Shown: positions 26,503 to 38,500 of the stretch, piece after piece
Numbering within the stretch: the first letter of the stretch is position 1
Layout: the number at the start of each line of letters is the position of its first letter
From: a virus
Lineage: Duplodnaviria; Caudoviricetes
Length of the DNA stretch: 64,000 bases
Virus record (IMG/VR): IMGVR_UViG_3300028048_003120
Location: 1,121 to 65,120 of that record
Strand: one strand, 5' to 3'
Translations under genes and position numbers: made by a program
Notes under the pieces: generated by a model
What the model was told of the DNA's origin: nothing
What the model saw: the letters and a program-made list of their open reading frames with translations, nothing else
Databases searched by the model: none

Positions 26503-29500
26503 TAATCCATGTCGGTCAGACGCTCGACCATAGCGCGCTTCTCGTCAGCAATCCGCTCACGGAGGAAGTTCTGACGGTCCTTGTCGTCGGTATCCTTCAA
26601 CTCGTCCTGCAGCTTCTTCACCCGCTTGTCGGCCTCCTTGAAGAACCGGGCACGCTGGTATGCGTCGGAGGAAGCAATCCTCGCCGCCTTCTCGATGTCG
26701 CCATCGCTGCGGTAGCCACGAGCGCGCTTCTCGGTCACGTCGGCCTCCTGCTTGTAGTGCCAATACATGTCGTTCACGTAGCTGGAGGCGGTACGCTCGT
26801 CGTTCTTTTGGAACAACACGTTCGCCAGCGGTACGTTGCGGAGCTGCCTCATGTCGGAATCCCAAGTCATTTCTACGCTCTTGGCGGTTTCCTCGGCGAA
26901 GGTCAGCAGACCACCGAAGTAACCCTCCAGCAAATGCTCCACAATGGCGGGGTTGATATTCACGGCTCCAGGGCCGTACTGATCGCCTCCCGTCACGTTG
27001 TTGAGGAATTCCGCGGACTTGACAAGAACCTTGCTCGTCCCGGCGTATGCTTTCGTGTAGGCCGGCGCACTCTCATTCCACGGCTGCTTCTTATAGATGG
27101 GCTTGCCCGTGAAGTCGGTGTTGAGCGCGGCCTGCGCCACGGGAGCCACCATATCCGGCACGAGTGAGAGCAGCAGGCCCTCTCCGGGATTCTTGCCCTT
27201 GTTCGTCACGACACCCTCGACGGGGTTCAGCGGCATGATGTCGGCCACCTGCCCGAACACATCCAGCCCGACCTGCCACGGCTTGTGATCCTTCATGCGC
27301 CCGGCCATCGTCATGTAGGCGATGTCGCCGATACCGTAGAAGGCCCGGAGTTCAATGGAGAGCGGGATTGTCAGGTAGAAGCCGCCGCCACCGAGGACGA
27401 GGTTGTTGCGACGCACCCAGTCCGGCAGGTCGGCATACTCATCGTCGTCGCCACCGACGGCGGCGGAGATGATGCCGTTGAGGAACGGAATCATGGCGCC
27501 CAGTATAAGTGTTGATGCTACATTGACATCGAATTTCCTCAAGTTGCCTATTTTTGTGCGTCTGCTCTTTCCCCGGAGGCCGACGAAGTTTTGCAGGCCC
27601 TGCACGCCAGCGTTGTAGAACAAGTATGCAGCGCGGGCGAAGCTGGAGCCGTAGCCCTCGCCGGAACCCTTCTTATTGAAGTTCACGGAGATGTCCTTCG
27701 CGTTCGCCACGGAGGTCTGAATGTCGCGGCCCATCTGACGGGATGTCATGTAGGCCGACAGTCGGCAGATGTCCTCAACGCAGCGGTTCGCGAATCCCAC
27801 GAAGTCCTCAACGGCCCGGCCAGCGTTCTTCACGGTATGCAGTTTCTCGCCCGTCTGGTCGCCGATGATGCGGTTCACCATCTTCTTGTACTCGTCCACA
27901 CGTTTGAGCTGCGTGTACCCGGTCTCGCCGCCGTTCATCATGAACTCCTTGAAAAGACGCTCGGTCTCGGGAAGGTCGTTGTCGTCCACCTCGTCGAACT
28001 CCCCGGCCTTGAACCTCCGCATGAGGTTCCAAATCCGGCCATAGTTGCGCATGAGGTTGCCGCGGAATGCCCGGTTGTAGTCGGAATCCTCCTTGACATC
28101 TATCGAGAACAAGGAATACGTGGTATCGCGGATGAGGTTTCGCAGGACGAACTTCGGGCTGCGCGTCGTGAAGTTCGCGGCCATCCAGCGGTTCGCCTTC
28201 GCCATCTTCGCGAGGAAGTCCTGGCGGTCGGGGTTCGTGAGGCCGTTTATGGCCTGCGCCGCGCGGGGGTTGCCGTTGATGACCAGCACCCAATCCTTGC
28301 CGCCGCTCTTGACGACGACCATGTGTTCCTGATCCTGCTTGTTCAGCAGGCGGTACGGAATGTTCACGCGGCCACGGTTCGGCTTCTTCTTCGAGGCGAG
28401 GCCCTGCTGCTCCAGCGCCTCCATCCTCTGCTGGAAACTGTCGAACGCCTCCTGAATGTCCTCGCGGCTCATGTCGTTGGTAATCTGAGGGACGGCCTGC
28501 GTCCACTCGTCGGCCACGGGGTCGTAGGTGTACCACATGGGCTTGACCGTCACGAGGTCGTTCGGACGGTTGAGGACCATGTTGAGGAACTTCTGCTTGA
28601 CAAGGTTGTTGTTGCCCTGCTGCACGGTACTCTCCCACATGTTGCCGATGGTCGCGAACGGGTCGTCGGCAATCGAGGTACGGCCCTTCGCCGTGCGCAT
28701 GGCGGGCGAGAACGGGCTGCTCTTGTGGTCGAGGTATTCGTAGTGCTGCTCGGCGGTCTCCTCGTCGAAGCCACGCAGCGGCACGTAGAAGTTGAACATG
28801 TCGCGCACGTTCTCATACTCGCTGCGCGTCAGTATGCCGGACTGCCAGCTCTTGTAAAGGGCCTTCTTCGTCGCGTCCTTTACCTTCTGCCACATGGAAG
28901 CGCACTCGGCAGCGGCCCGGCCCTCAATGTCGTCCACGTAGATGCGGGCGCGCTCCTCCGCTTCGTCGAGGTCGATTGCATCTTCCCCGTCCAGAAGCAT
29001 AAGCGAAGTGAGGCCGGAATAGTCGCGGCGCTCGATGGTCTCTCCAGCGGCCTGCTCGTCGCGGTCGTGGAAGACCTCGTTGCGTTCGAGGCCGTGCTTG
29101 GCAATGGCATACTTGATTGCGCCCTCGTAGTCGATGCCAGCCGCAACCATCATGTCGCGGACGGCCTTGATCATCGGGTCGAAGTAGTTCCGGGTGTAGA
29201 ACTCCTTCTCGGCGCTATTGACGCTGGAAAGCTGGTTCTCGGCGGTGTACGCATCCTCGAAGGACTCCAGCGGCTTGCCGGAGGCCCGGACGAGTTCTTC
29301 CTGCAGCACCTTCAAGGCCAGCATACTGTCCTGATGCGATTCGCGGACCTTGTTCCTCCAATTATTGATTCGGAACTCATAAAGACCTTTGAGGTCGCCA
29401 GGTGCGGGCGGGGTAGCCTTGCGGGAAAAGACGGTTACTCCTTCGCCTTCTCCTGCGCTTCCTGCATCTTCCGCGTCTCCTCGAAGTACCCGCACTTCCT

Positions 29501-32500
29501 CTTGCGGAACGGGGACTTTTTCCAGCCCTCGATGATTCCCTCGATAGCCTGCTGCTGCTCTTTCTCCTTCTTCTCGTTCTGTGTCATATCCAATTGCGTT
29601 ATAGTAGTTGGTTATAAGTTCCCTTGTTCGGTCGGGGAGGTCGGGCAGGACGAATCTTGAAAAGCCCTCGCTCATCATGGATTCGGTCAACTGGACGAAC
29701 AGTTCTTCCTTCCTTTCCTTTTCCTCATAGTCCTTCGCGATTTCCCGCTCCATCTCGGCGATATGGTCGGGAGCCTTGCCGCGCATGAACTCGATGAAAC
29801 CATCCAGCGCTTCCGAATCTTTCCAAATCTTGTTCTTGTACAAGTAAGCGTGCAGGTTCTCATGGAAGAACGTGCCCTCATACTCGTCGTAACTTGTATT
29901 CGGATGTGCGAAGATACGAATAATATCGTGTACAAAGTTATATGCGCCGGCCCTTCCAGTCGTATCGCCGTCATCGCTGATGTCAACATACTTCGCCAGG
30001 TGCTGGTAGCGGTCCGTCAAATCCATAGCCACGCGACGGAGGTAGTCCTTGTCGTCCTCTCCTTCCTTCTGCGGGAATCCGCGGCTGAACATCGTATGAC
30101 TCTCGATGTTGATATCCTTGTCGTCGAAGATCACAACGCACTCCCCGTCAAGGCCACCGACATATTTGAGACCGACAAACCCGGCATCGTGCAGGAACTC
30201 GCTCGCCGCTTTCTTCGAGCGGAAGCCGTGGGCAAGTTCCGCATAGGCCCGGTCGCCGCCGATAGGTCCTTTCTCCATCTTGGCGATGAAGTCGTCCAGC
30301 GTGAGGTCGTGGAAAAGCAGTTTGTCGTCCTCCGTGGTCTTCCACGCACCTTCGGGCAGTTTGCGCAGTGCCTCGACGATCTTCGTCCGCATGGGCTTCG
30401 TGACATTCCTATCCTCGTCGAGATAGTTGTCCCCGGTATCGTCCGGGATTTCCACCTCGTAGAAGTTGTGGTCTATGTCGCGGACCTCAAAGTCGTCTTT
30501 GGCAAGGCCCTCGATGAATTCAATCTCCTTGTCGTAATGCTGGTTCATCCAGTAGGTATCCTTCATCTCCTTCCTGCGCTCCTCGGCCTTTTTCAGCATG
30601 TTGAGCATCCGGGCCTTGGCCTCCTCGAAGGGAACATCGTGGTCCCTCATCTCCTGCTTGATGAATTCCACAATCTCATTCGCGTAGTAGGTAGGGCCGC
30701 GCCTTCCCTTGTAGATAACCTTGTCGCGGTCTCCCAGCAGGGAATAGCGCCTTGCGGTCCCTTCCTCGAAAGTGATGTAGGTTCCATAGCCGTGCGCCTG
30801 ATGGCCTTCCCCCTCGCCGATATGGGCGTGGTCGAACTTGTCGAAGCGGGCCGGACTGCCATGATAGGCCCTGCTGAAACGGGTATCGCCCTCGCGCTGC
30901 TGCGGCTCGCGGCCCGCGGCGCGGACCAGGTCGTCCACCTCGTCGTTGGTAAGCACCTTCTTCACGCGCATGGAGCCGGTGATGATCCACGGGTCGGTAT
31001 CGGGATTCGGGTTCGTGCGATAGCGGTAGAAGCCATCTTCGGGGACACGCTTCAAGCCTGCGTAGGAGTGACGGAACCTGCCGCCCTCGGTCATGCCTTC
31101 CGCATCGGCCTCCTGCTGGTAGTCGTTGTCAGCAGCGTATTCCACCTCTGCCCATACGAAATCCTTCGGGAAAAGGTCTCTCTCCCCGGTCGCGGGGTTG
31201 AGGCGGTTGAACTGCTTCGCGTAGGGAATCTCGCCAAGGTGCCAGCCGGGACGGTATGCCAGCGTTCCGCTGCCGCCCTGAGTGCCCTTGCCACCCTGCT
31301 TGACCTGCGGACGGCCCGTCTTGCTCTCGCCGACGATGGGAGCCGCATCCGCATCAAGCCATACACCGACGGGCGTATCCTCGCCGCCGGGGTTCGCGAC
31401 CATAGGCGGGTAGAGTTTGCCGTCCTTCTGGAAGAACACCTTGTAGCCGATGCCCTTCTTTACCGGCTCCGGCTTCGTCCTGCGGCTGAAATGCGTATCT
31501 TCGGTAAGGAAGTCCACGGCCCGGCGGTCGTAGAGTTCCTCCAGCGCTTCGTCCTCGGTCTGCCCGGTCACGGAGGCAGCGGCCCGCGCGCGCTCGATGT
31601 CGCCACGGCTGAAATGGGTGTCGCCGCCTTCCTCGACTTCGACATCATCTTCTTCCGCGTCCTCCAATTCGATGTCGGCCTCCCCGGTCTCAACGCCGGA
31701 ATACTTGGCCTCCTTCTCCGCGAGTTCCTTAATCATCGCCTCGGTGTACTCGGCGACACGCTTCTGCGCCTCGACGAGTTTGTCCTGATCGGCGAAGGGC
31801 TTGCCCTTGCGGGCCTGCATCTTCCCGTTGTCGTCCTTCATGCGGTCGATACGGTTCTGCAGGTCCTCGATGCGCTCCTTCGCGTGCTTCCCGGTCGCGT
31901 ATTCCTCCTTGAACATCGGAACGATGTCGCGCAGACCGTTGATGCCGCCCGGCACGGAAGGAACATCCACGCCCAGTTCGGGGCAGGAGAACGAGATGGT
32001 CGTACTCATCGTCGAGACGAACATGCCGCCCTTGAAGTCCGATTTCTTCGTGACATTGGCTACGACATCGACCTTCACGCCGTCGAAGGAGAACACGTAA
32101 GCCTCGCGGCCATTCTCAAACTGATAGGAATCGCGCCAGCGGTCGATTTTCTCGCGCAGGGGCTTCGATACCTTCTCAGCTATGACCTTGCCTATTTCCT
32201 CGTCAGTGGTCGCGGAAACGCCCTCTATGACGACCTTCTTGACCTTGCCGCCGGGGAACAGTCGCTCCGCGGCCTCGGCGCTTTTCTTGAAGCGCTCGAT
32301 ATGGCCCTCGAACGAGGTAATCTTGCGCTCGTTCTCCTGCAACTGATTGGCGATGTATATCTGGTCGGCCCTGTGCATCTCCTGCTTGTTGCGGAGCTTG
32401 CGCAATTCCCGCTCGGCCTGCGATTTCAGCAGGGCGAACTGACTGCCGGAGAGGACGGCGACGGGATTGTCGAACAATCCTTCTTCCTCCTCCTCCAGCG

Positions 32501-35500
32501 TGCGGTTCTCCATGCCGTTCTTGATGAGCGGCTTGCCGTCCATCACACTGTCGATGAACGCGGCCTTCGTCTTCAGTCGCTGGTATGCGGTCACATCCAG
32601 CGAATCCTCAACGCCGAAGCGCACCACGCGGACGGTCTTGTCCCAGTCCTTATGCACATTCCCTTGCCGCAGGATACGGCCATTGCGCTGCGTGTAGTCC
32701 ATAGGACGGTCCGGCGCATCCATGTGTACGGCCATGTGCAGGCGCTCCTGGATATTCACGCCGGTGCCGAGCAGCTGCGTGGACCCCATGACGACGCGGA
32801 TGTCACCCGAATTGACCTTCGCAAAGACACGCTCCTTCTGATCTGCGCGCATCTCGCTGCGGATAATGGCAATCTTGTCAGCCGGGACACCACGGGCGAC
32901 GAGTTTCTTCTTGATGTCGTCAAAGACATTGAAGCCCTCGCTGCCGTCCGCATCTCTCCTGCGGAAGCGGTCGCAGAATATGACGACCGTGCCGTTGTAG
33001 TCCTTCGTTGCTTCGAGGTCCTCAACGACAATATCGACGGCCTTGTTGGTCTTGCTATTCGGCTCGTCCGGGGCGTTCTGCATGACGAGGCGCGGGTCAA
33101 TGGCGGCGCGCTTGGCAATGCCATACGCCGTGAGCGGGATATGGCTATTGCGGCGCTTCTCCTTGCCCGTCATCTTCTCGAACTTGTCGAGAATCTCGCG
33201 CACCTTGCGCATGATGGCGACGAGGGAAGGAGACTGCTCGAGGTAGATGTCCTGCGCCTTGCCACCCTCCATGTCGGGAATCTTCTCGGAGAGTTTCTTG
33301 CCCTTCGCGGCCTCCGCATCCTTCGCCAGCACCGTATCGGCCACGGATGCCCAGATACGCACCAACTCCGGCAGGTTCACGTAGGCAGAGAAACGGGTGT
33401 TCTCGCGGAACTTGCCGTTGGTGGCGAACTCGAGGCTCTTGGCGATGTTGCCGAAGTTGCGCACGAAGTCGTCGAAGTAGTAGATATGGTTCGCCAGCAT
33501 GACATCATCCGGCATGAGGTAGCGCATGAAGGTCCAGATTTCCGCTGCGGTATTCGAGATGGGCGTGCCCGTCGCGAACACAACGTTCTTCCATCCTGCC
33601 CGGTCGAACACGCTGCGCGTCTTGAGGAACACGCTCGCCGCCTTTTGGCTGACGGAAGGGTCCACACCTTTGATACCCTGCTGGAGCGCCGTGGCGAAGC
33701 CCAGGTGCTTGTATTCGTGCGCCTCGTCGATGAGCAGCGCGTCAATCTCCATCTGGTCGAAGTCCTCGACGGCATCCACCTTTCGGTCGAGCTGCCGCTT
33801 CGCCTTCGCCGCAGCGTTGGCCTTGACCTTCGCGTCGGTCTTCGCGTTGCGCCGTTTCTTGCCGCCGCCGGCGATGTTGCCTTCTTCGAGGTCGCCTTCG
33901 AGGTCTTTCAGTTCCTTCTCCATCCGCTTGATGGCCTGCGAATCCGCGCCAGCGTCCTTCGCCTGCTGGAGAACGTACATCTTCTCGTCAATCCTCGCCT
34001 GAATGAAGGCGCGCTTGCGCTCCTCGCTATCGGGAATCATGTTGAACACCGACTGCGGCACGACAATCATGTCCCAGTCGTTATACTTGATCTTCGCATA
34101 GAAGGCAGCACGGCCCTCCTGCGTCCTGTCTCCCTCGGAGACGGTCAGAATCTTTGCGCGAGGGTAGAGTTTCTTCGCCTCTCCGACGAACTGCCCGACG
34201 GTGGAGTTCTGCACAACGACCATAGGCTTCTTCGCCGTGCCAAGCCTGCGCATCTCCATCGCCGAGGTGATGAGCGTGAAGGTCTTGCCAGAGCCTACCT
34301 CGTGGGCCATCATCAGCGGCTCAGTCGTGGCCCGGATTACGGCCTTCGCCTGGTGCGGGTAGAGCTTTATCTCCATGTTCGCGCCCTCGAAGTGTTCCGG
34401 GATGAACCGCTCGTCAATCTCCTTCGGCACGATGGCGTTGAAAAGGTCGTTGTAGGTGCGGGTGACACGCTTCGCGAGGTCCTCGTCCTTGCTCATCTTA
34501 CCCTTCGCCCATTCGCGGAACTCGTCCTTGATTTCGTCGATGCGCGTCTGCGCGGCCTGCTCTGCCTCTTTATCGACCGTCGTGGTGGTCTCGCCCGTGA
34601 AGCGGTCCTTGTGGGATTCCTTGAACTCGGGGCGAGTATTGTTCATGGCGTGCAGCATCAGTTCGTGGCCCAAGACCTGCTTGTCCACAATCTTGCCCTT
34701 CACGCCGGCAGAACGGTTGGAATCGTTGTACTCGTTGAGTTTCCAGCCTCTCCTGATGAACTGCCACGTGCCGCCGATGGGCTTGAACTCGAAATCATCG
34801 GAAAGCCCGTATTTCTCCTTCGCGAAGTCGGAATAGATTCCCGGCTCCAGCCAGTCGGAACCCAGCGAGAACTCGATTAGGTGCGCAGGAATGTCGAGAG
34901 GGATTACCTTCTCCAGCGCCTTGATGTTGTTGTCGTACCGCCCGTCCTCGTTGTGGCTGCGGGCATACGCCAGCTTCTCGCGGACATTGCCGGAGAGATA
35001 TTCGTAACTCACTTCGAGGCTCCCGGACATCGGGTCTTCGAAAGCGAGGCCGGAATCAAGAATCTCGCCGCGCACGACATCTTCGCCCTGCCCGACGGCC
35101 TTCGCGATATACGGAAGGTCGATACGACCGAACTGGTTCATGCTGACGATCACGCCGTCCTTCGCATCCTTCGGCTTCGGAGTGGCCTTGAAGCCTACCA
35201 TACGCTTCGAGAACACATCCGTCTTCTTCGTGGTGACGATGCGCTTCCCGTGCTGGTCCAGCGATTCCGTGTAGTCCTCAACGGCAGCGACGGAAGGGAA
35301 GTCCACATCGTTGCGCAGGAAGGAAAGCGAGGTATTCTTGTTCAGCGGGCCATACTTGCCGACAAAGCCGTCGTAAGCCTCGTTCAGAGCCTCCAGGAGC
35401 GGAGCCAGGCCCTCGTCGGATTCATTGTTGGTTTGATACTCCAGCACCGCGTCAATGGCAGATTTGAGGGCGTTGTAGTCCTTCAAGACCTGCTCTTTCG

Positions 35501-38500
35501 TCTGCCCCTTGACCTTGTTGTTGTTCACGCCGAGAGGAACGGCCTTACCAAGACTGTTGATGCAGACCTCGCCCTTACTGTTGACGACGAGCTGCCCTTC
35601 CTTGACCTTGTCGGCCACGGCTTCGGGTTCCGCTGCTGCTGCGGTCTCGTCGGCGGCTTGCGGCGCGGCCTCCAGCGATTCGCGGAGGTCGGACAGTTTC
35701 TTGACCCAGCGGCCCAGCATCTTCTTCTGATCCTTCCCGTCCACGGGGAAAAGCCCGACGGAGGTAGGCCGGAAGGTCTCGCCGCGGTCGAAGTTGAACA
35801 ACATCTCGCCAGCCATGTTCTCCGGGTGTTCGACGAAGTAGGTGTCGTACTCGATCGAGACGGGCGTTTCGGTCTGCTCGTACTGACCGGTCCTACGGTT
35901 GAACTTCCCTTCCTCCTTGTACACATCGCGCCGCGTGACGGTGGTCCCTATCATGTCGGCAGCGCCGGGCATGGCCTTGCCGCCGACGCGCTTGCGGACG
36001 ATGATGATGTCGGAAGTGACGGGCGTGCCGCCGAAGGTCTGGTTGTTGAGGCGGAAAGCGCCGACGAAGTCCGCGCCGCCCTCCGTGGTCACCCACTGAC
36101 GGAGAGCGCGGCTCTTGTCAAGCGTGCCGTTGGAAGTGATGAAGATACCGATGCCGCCCTCGCGGAGCTTGCGGACATTCTTCGCGATGCAGAAGTCATG
36201 AATATTCCCGAACTTGCGGGACAAATCCTTCTCCACCTCATCGACGACATGCAGACCCGTGACGAACGGAACGTTGGTAATGGCGAGATCGACACTGTTG
36301 TTGGGTATCTTCACATCCTCGAAGCCCCTGATCTGCACATCTGCATCCGGGTATAGCAGTTTGAGGATGTTGCCCGTGACGGAATCAATCTCCACCGCCG
36401 TGATGTCGCTGGCCTCGCTGACGGCCTTCGGCATGTTCGCAAGGATATTGCCCACGCCGGCAGACCCTTCGAGGATTCTGCCACCCGTGAAGCCGAGATT
36501 CTTCGCAGCGTCCCAAAGGGAGTCGATGATTTCGACCGGGGTGTAGTAGCTGGAGTTGATGGAGAGTTCCGCAGATGCGATTTCCTCGTCGGTCATCGCG
36601 TCATGCAGCATGCGCTGGACGCTGGAATGCGGTGCTTCGTTGAAGTAGGAGCCGAGGCCACCCCAGCCGGAGAACTGTCGCAGTACCTCCATGTCCGCCT
36701 TCGACGCTTTCTTGCCGGAATCGACAAGCTCGCGCATCTTCTTTATTGCGGCGATGTTGGCCTTGAACCGTTCAATAGGGGTCGTGGGAGCGTAGGATAC
36801 GCCACGCTCGCCACGGTTGTTGTTGAGGTTCTTCCTTACGGAATATCGAGGTCGAGCGGGCAGAGTCCGACCATCCTCAACGCCCTTTCCTTCTCCTCCT
36901 CGGTCAGTTCCTCCACGTTCTTGCCCAGCTGCTTCGCCAGTTTCTCCCGACCCTCCTGGATTATCTTGCTCGGGTCGATTGTCGTGAATGCCATCGTCTT
37001 GTGTATTTGATGAGTTGTTTTCTTCTATTTCTGCGAACAAGCCGCCGAGCGGTGCAGAACTTTCCTGCGAAGGTACTGCTTTTTCAACATCTTTCCTAAC
37101 CCTCTTGATTCTTTCCTTCGCCTTGTCAGCCTCCTTCTCGACCTGCGCTTCCTCAACTGCCGCCTGCGCAGCCTCCGCAATGTCGGGGGCCGCTTCTCCG
37201 AGGGTGTTCACGTCGATTCCGCGCACATCGTCGTAGGAATCCATCTCGCCCTCGTACTGCTCCATGCCGGGCAGGTCGCGGGCACCGTTGTAGAACGCCT
37301 TGAGGTATGGCTTGATCGCATCCCCAAGGTCGGCAATCATGGCCTTCGCATACGCAACGAACTTGCGAGCGCCCTTCTCGATATGGTACACGGCCATCTG
37401 CGCGCCGATGGAGAAGATTTCCGGGTCGATACCCATGTTCATCTGGCCTTTCAGCTTCTCCTTCATGCGGCGCACGAGGTCAGCATATTGCTCGTCGGTC
37501 ACGAGTTTGTTGCCGGAAGGATTCACGGGGCGCTCCTCCTTCGGCTGCTCGACCGCCGCGGCAGCGGCTTCACGGGCAGCAGCGGACGGACCCTCGAACT
37601 TGTCGATGCTGGACCACTCCACGACCTCGTAGATGACGGGAGCAAGGCCGGTATCAAGTACGGGCCTATGGTCGCCCCAATCCTCGAAGTCGTGAATCTT
37701 GGCCAGCACGGTCTTTCCGCTATAGGAAGTGTACATGACCTTCTCGCCGAGGCGATAGCCGTTCACGCCCTCGCCGGCCTTCTGCTTGTCGAAGTTGTAG
37801 AGATGAATCTTGCGGTCCAGCTCGCTCTTGTCGGAGTCGGAAAGGAGTTCATACAGTCCGTTGTTCTCCAAAATGCCCTTCAGGTCCTCCGGGGTGTCTG
37901 CGGTAACCTCATAGTTGCCGTCGTAGATTTCCTGCCCGTTGGCGAGAACCTGATAGCGTTCCAGGCGAGAATGTCCGCTGCGGTGGGCCGTGAGTTCATA
38001 CCTCCACTTCGGCTCCTCCTCCTTCGTCTCCGGCTGCATCTCGATCACCGAGACTTCGCCGGAGGTCTGGAGGTCTTCAACGGACAACGGTCGTGCATCC
38101 TGCACGCTCTGCTTGCTTTCAAGCGCGTCGGCAAGGCGCTGGGCGCTTTCCATGTCACGCATCATGAACCCACCGTCCTCACGAGAATACCAGCCGCGGC
38201 TCTCCTTCGCAATGCCGCTGGCCGTGGCCTTCTCGTCCTTCGAGAGTTCACGGCCCGGCCTCACGAGGAACATGTCGAGCGAGCGGCCCTTTTTCGTGGT
38301 ATATTTGGCCGGGGTAATGGTCGCCTTCGTCGCGGGGGCCTCGGTCTCTGTTTCCGCAGCCGGTGCCTGCTCCTGCTCTGCCATGCGCTGCATGGCGAGA
38401 CGCTTGTACGATTCGCGGAGGATAACCGAGATGTCCTTGTCGGTCATCTCCGGCTGGTAGCCGCGCTTCTCGAAGATGGAGCGGAAGAATTCTGCTATCT

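Noticed and set aside
27500-27570. AT-rich patch in the giant gene with a plus-strand TATTTTTG (-7-like) box, suggesting an antisense promoter
   Set aside because: No properly spaced TTTG -33 box, and no nested ORF with codon bias; chance occurrence is likely.
29763-34880. Very long plus-strand ORFs antisense to the giant gene (1705 aa here; also 27591..29660, 34881..36356, 37383..40760, 40788..43406)
   Set aside because: Shadow ORFs expected from strong G/C third-position bias on the coding strand; translations are L/V/R/A/G-rich with no recognisable motifs.
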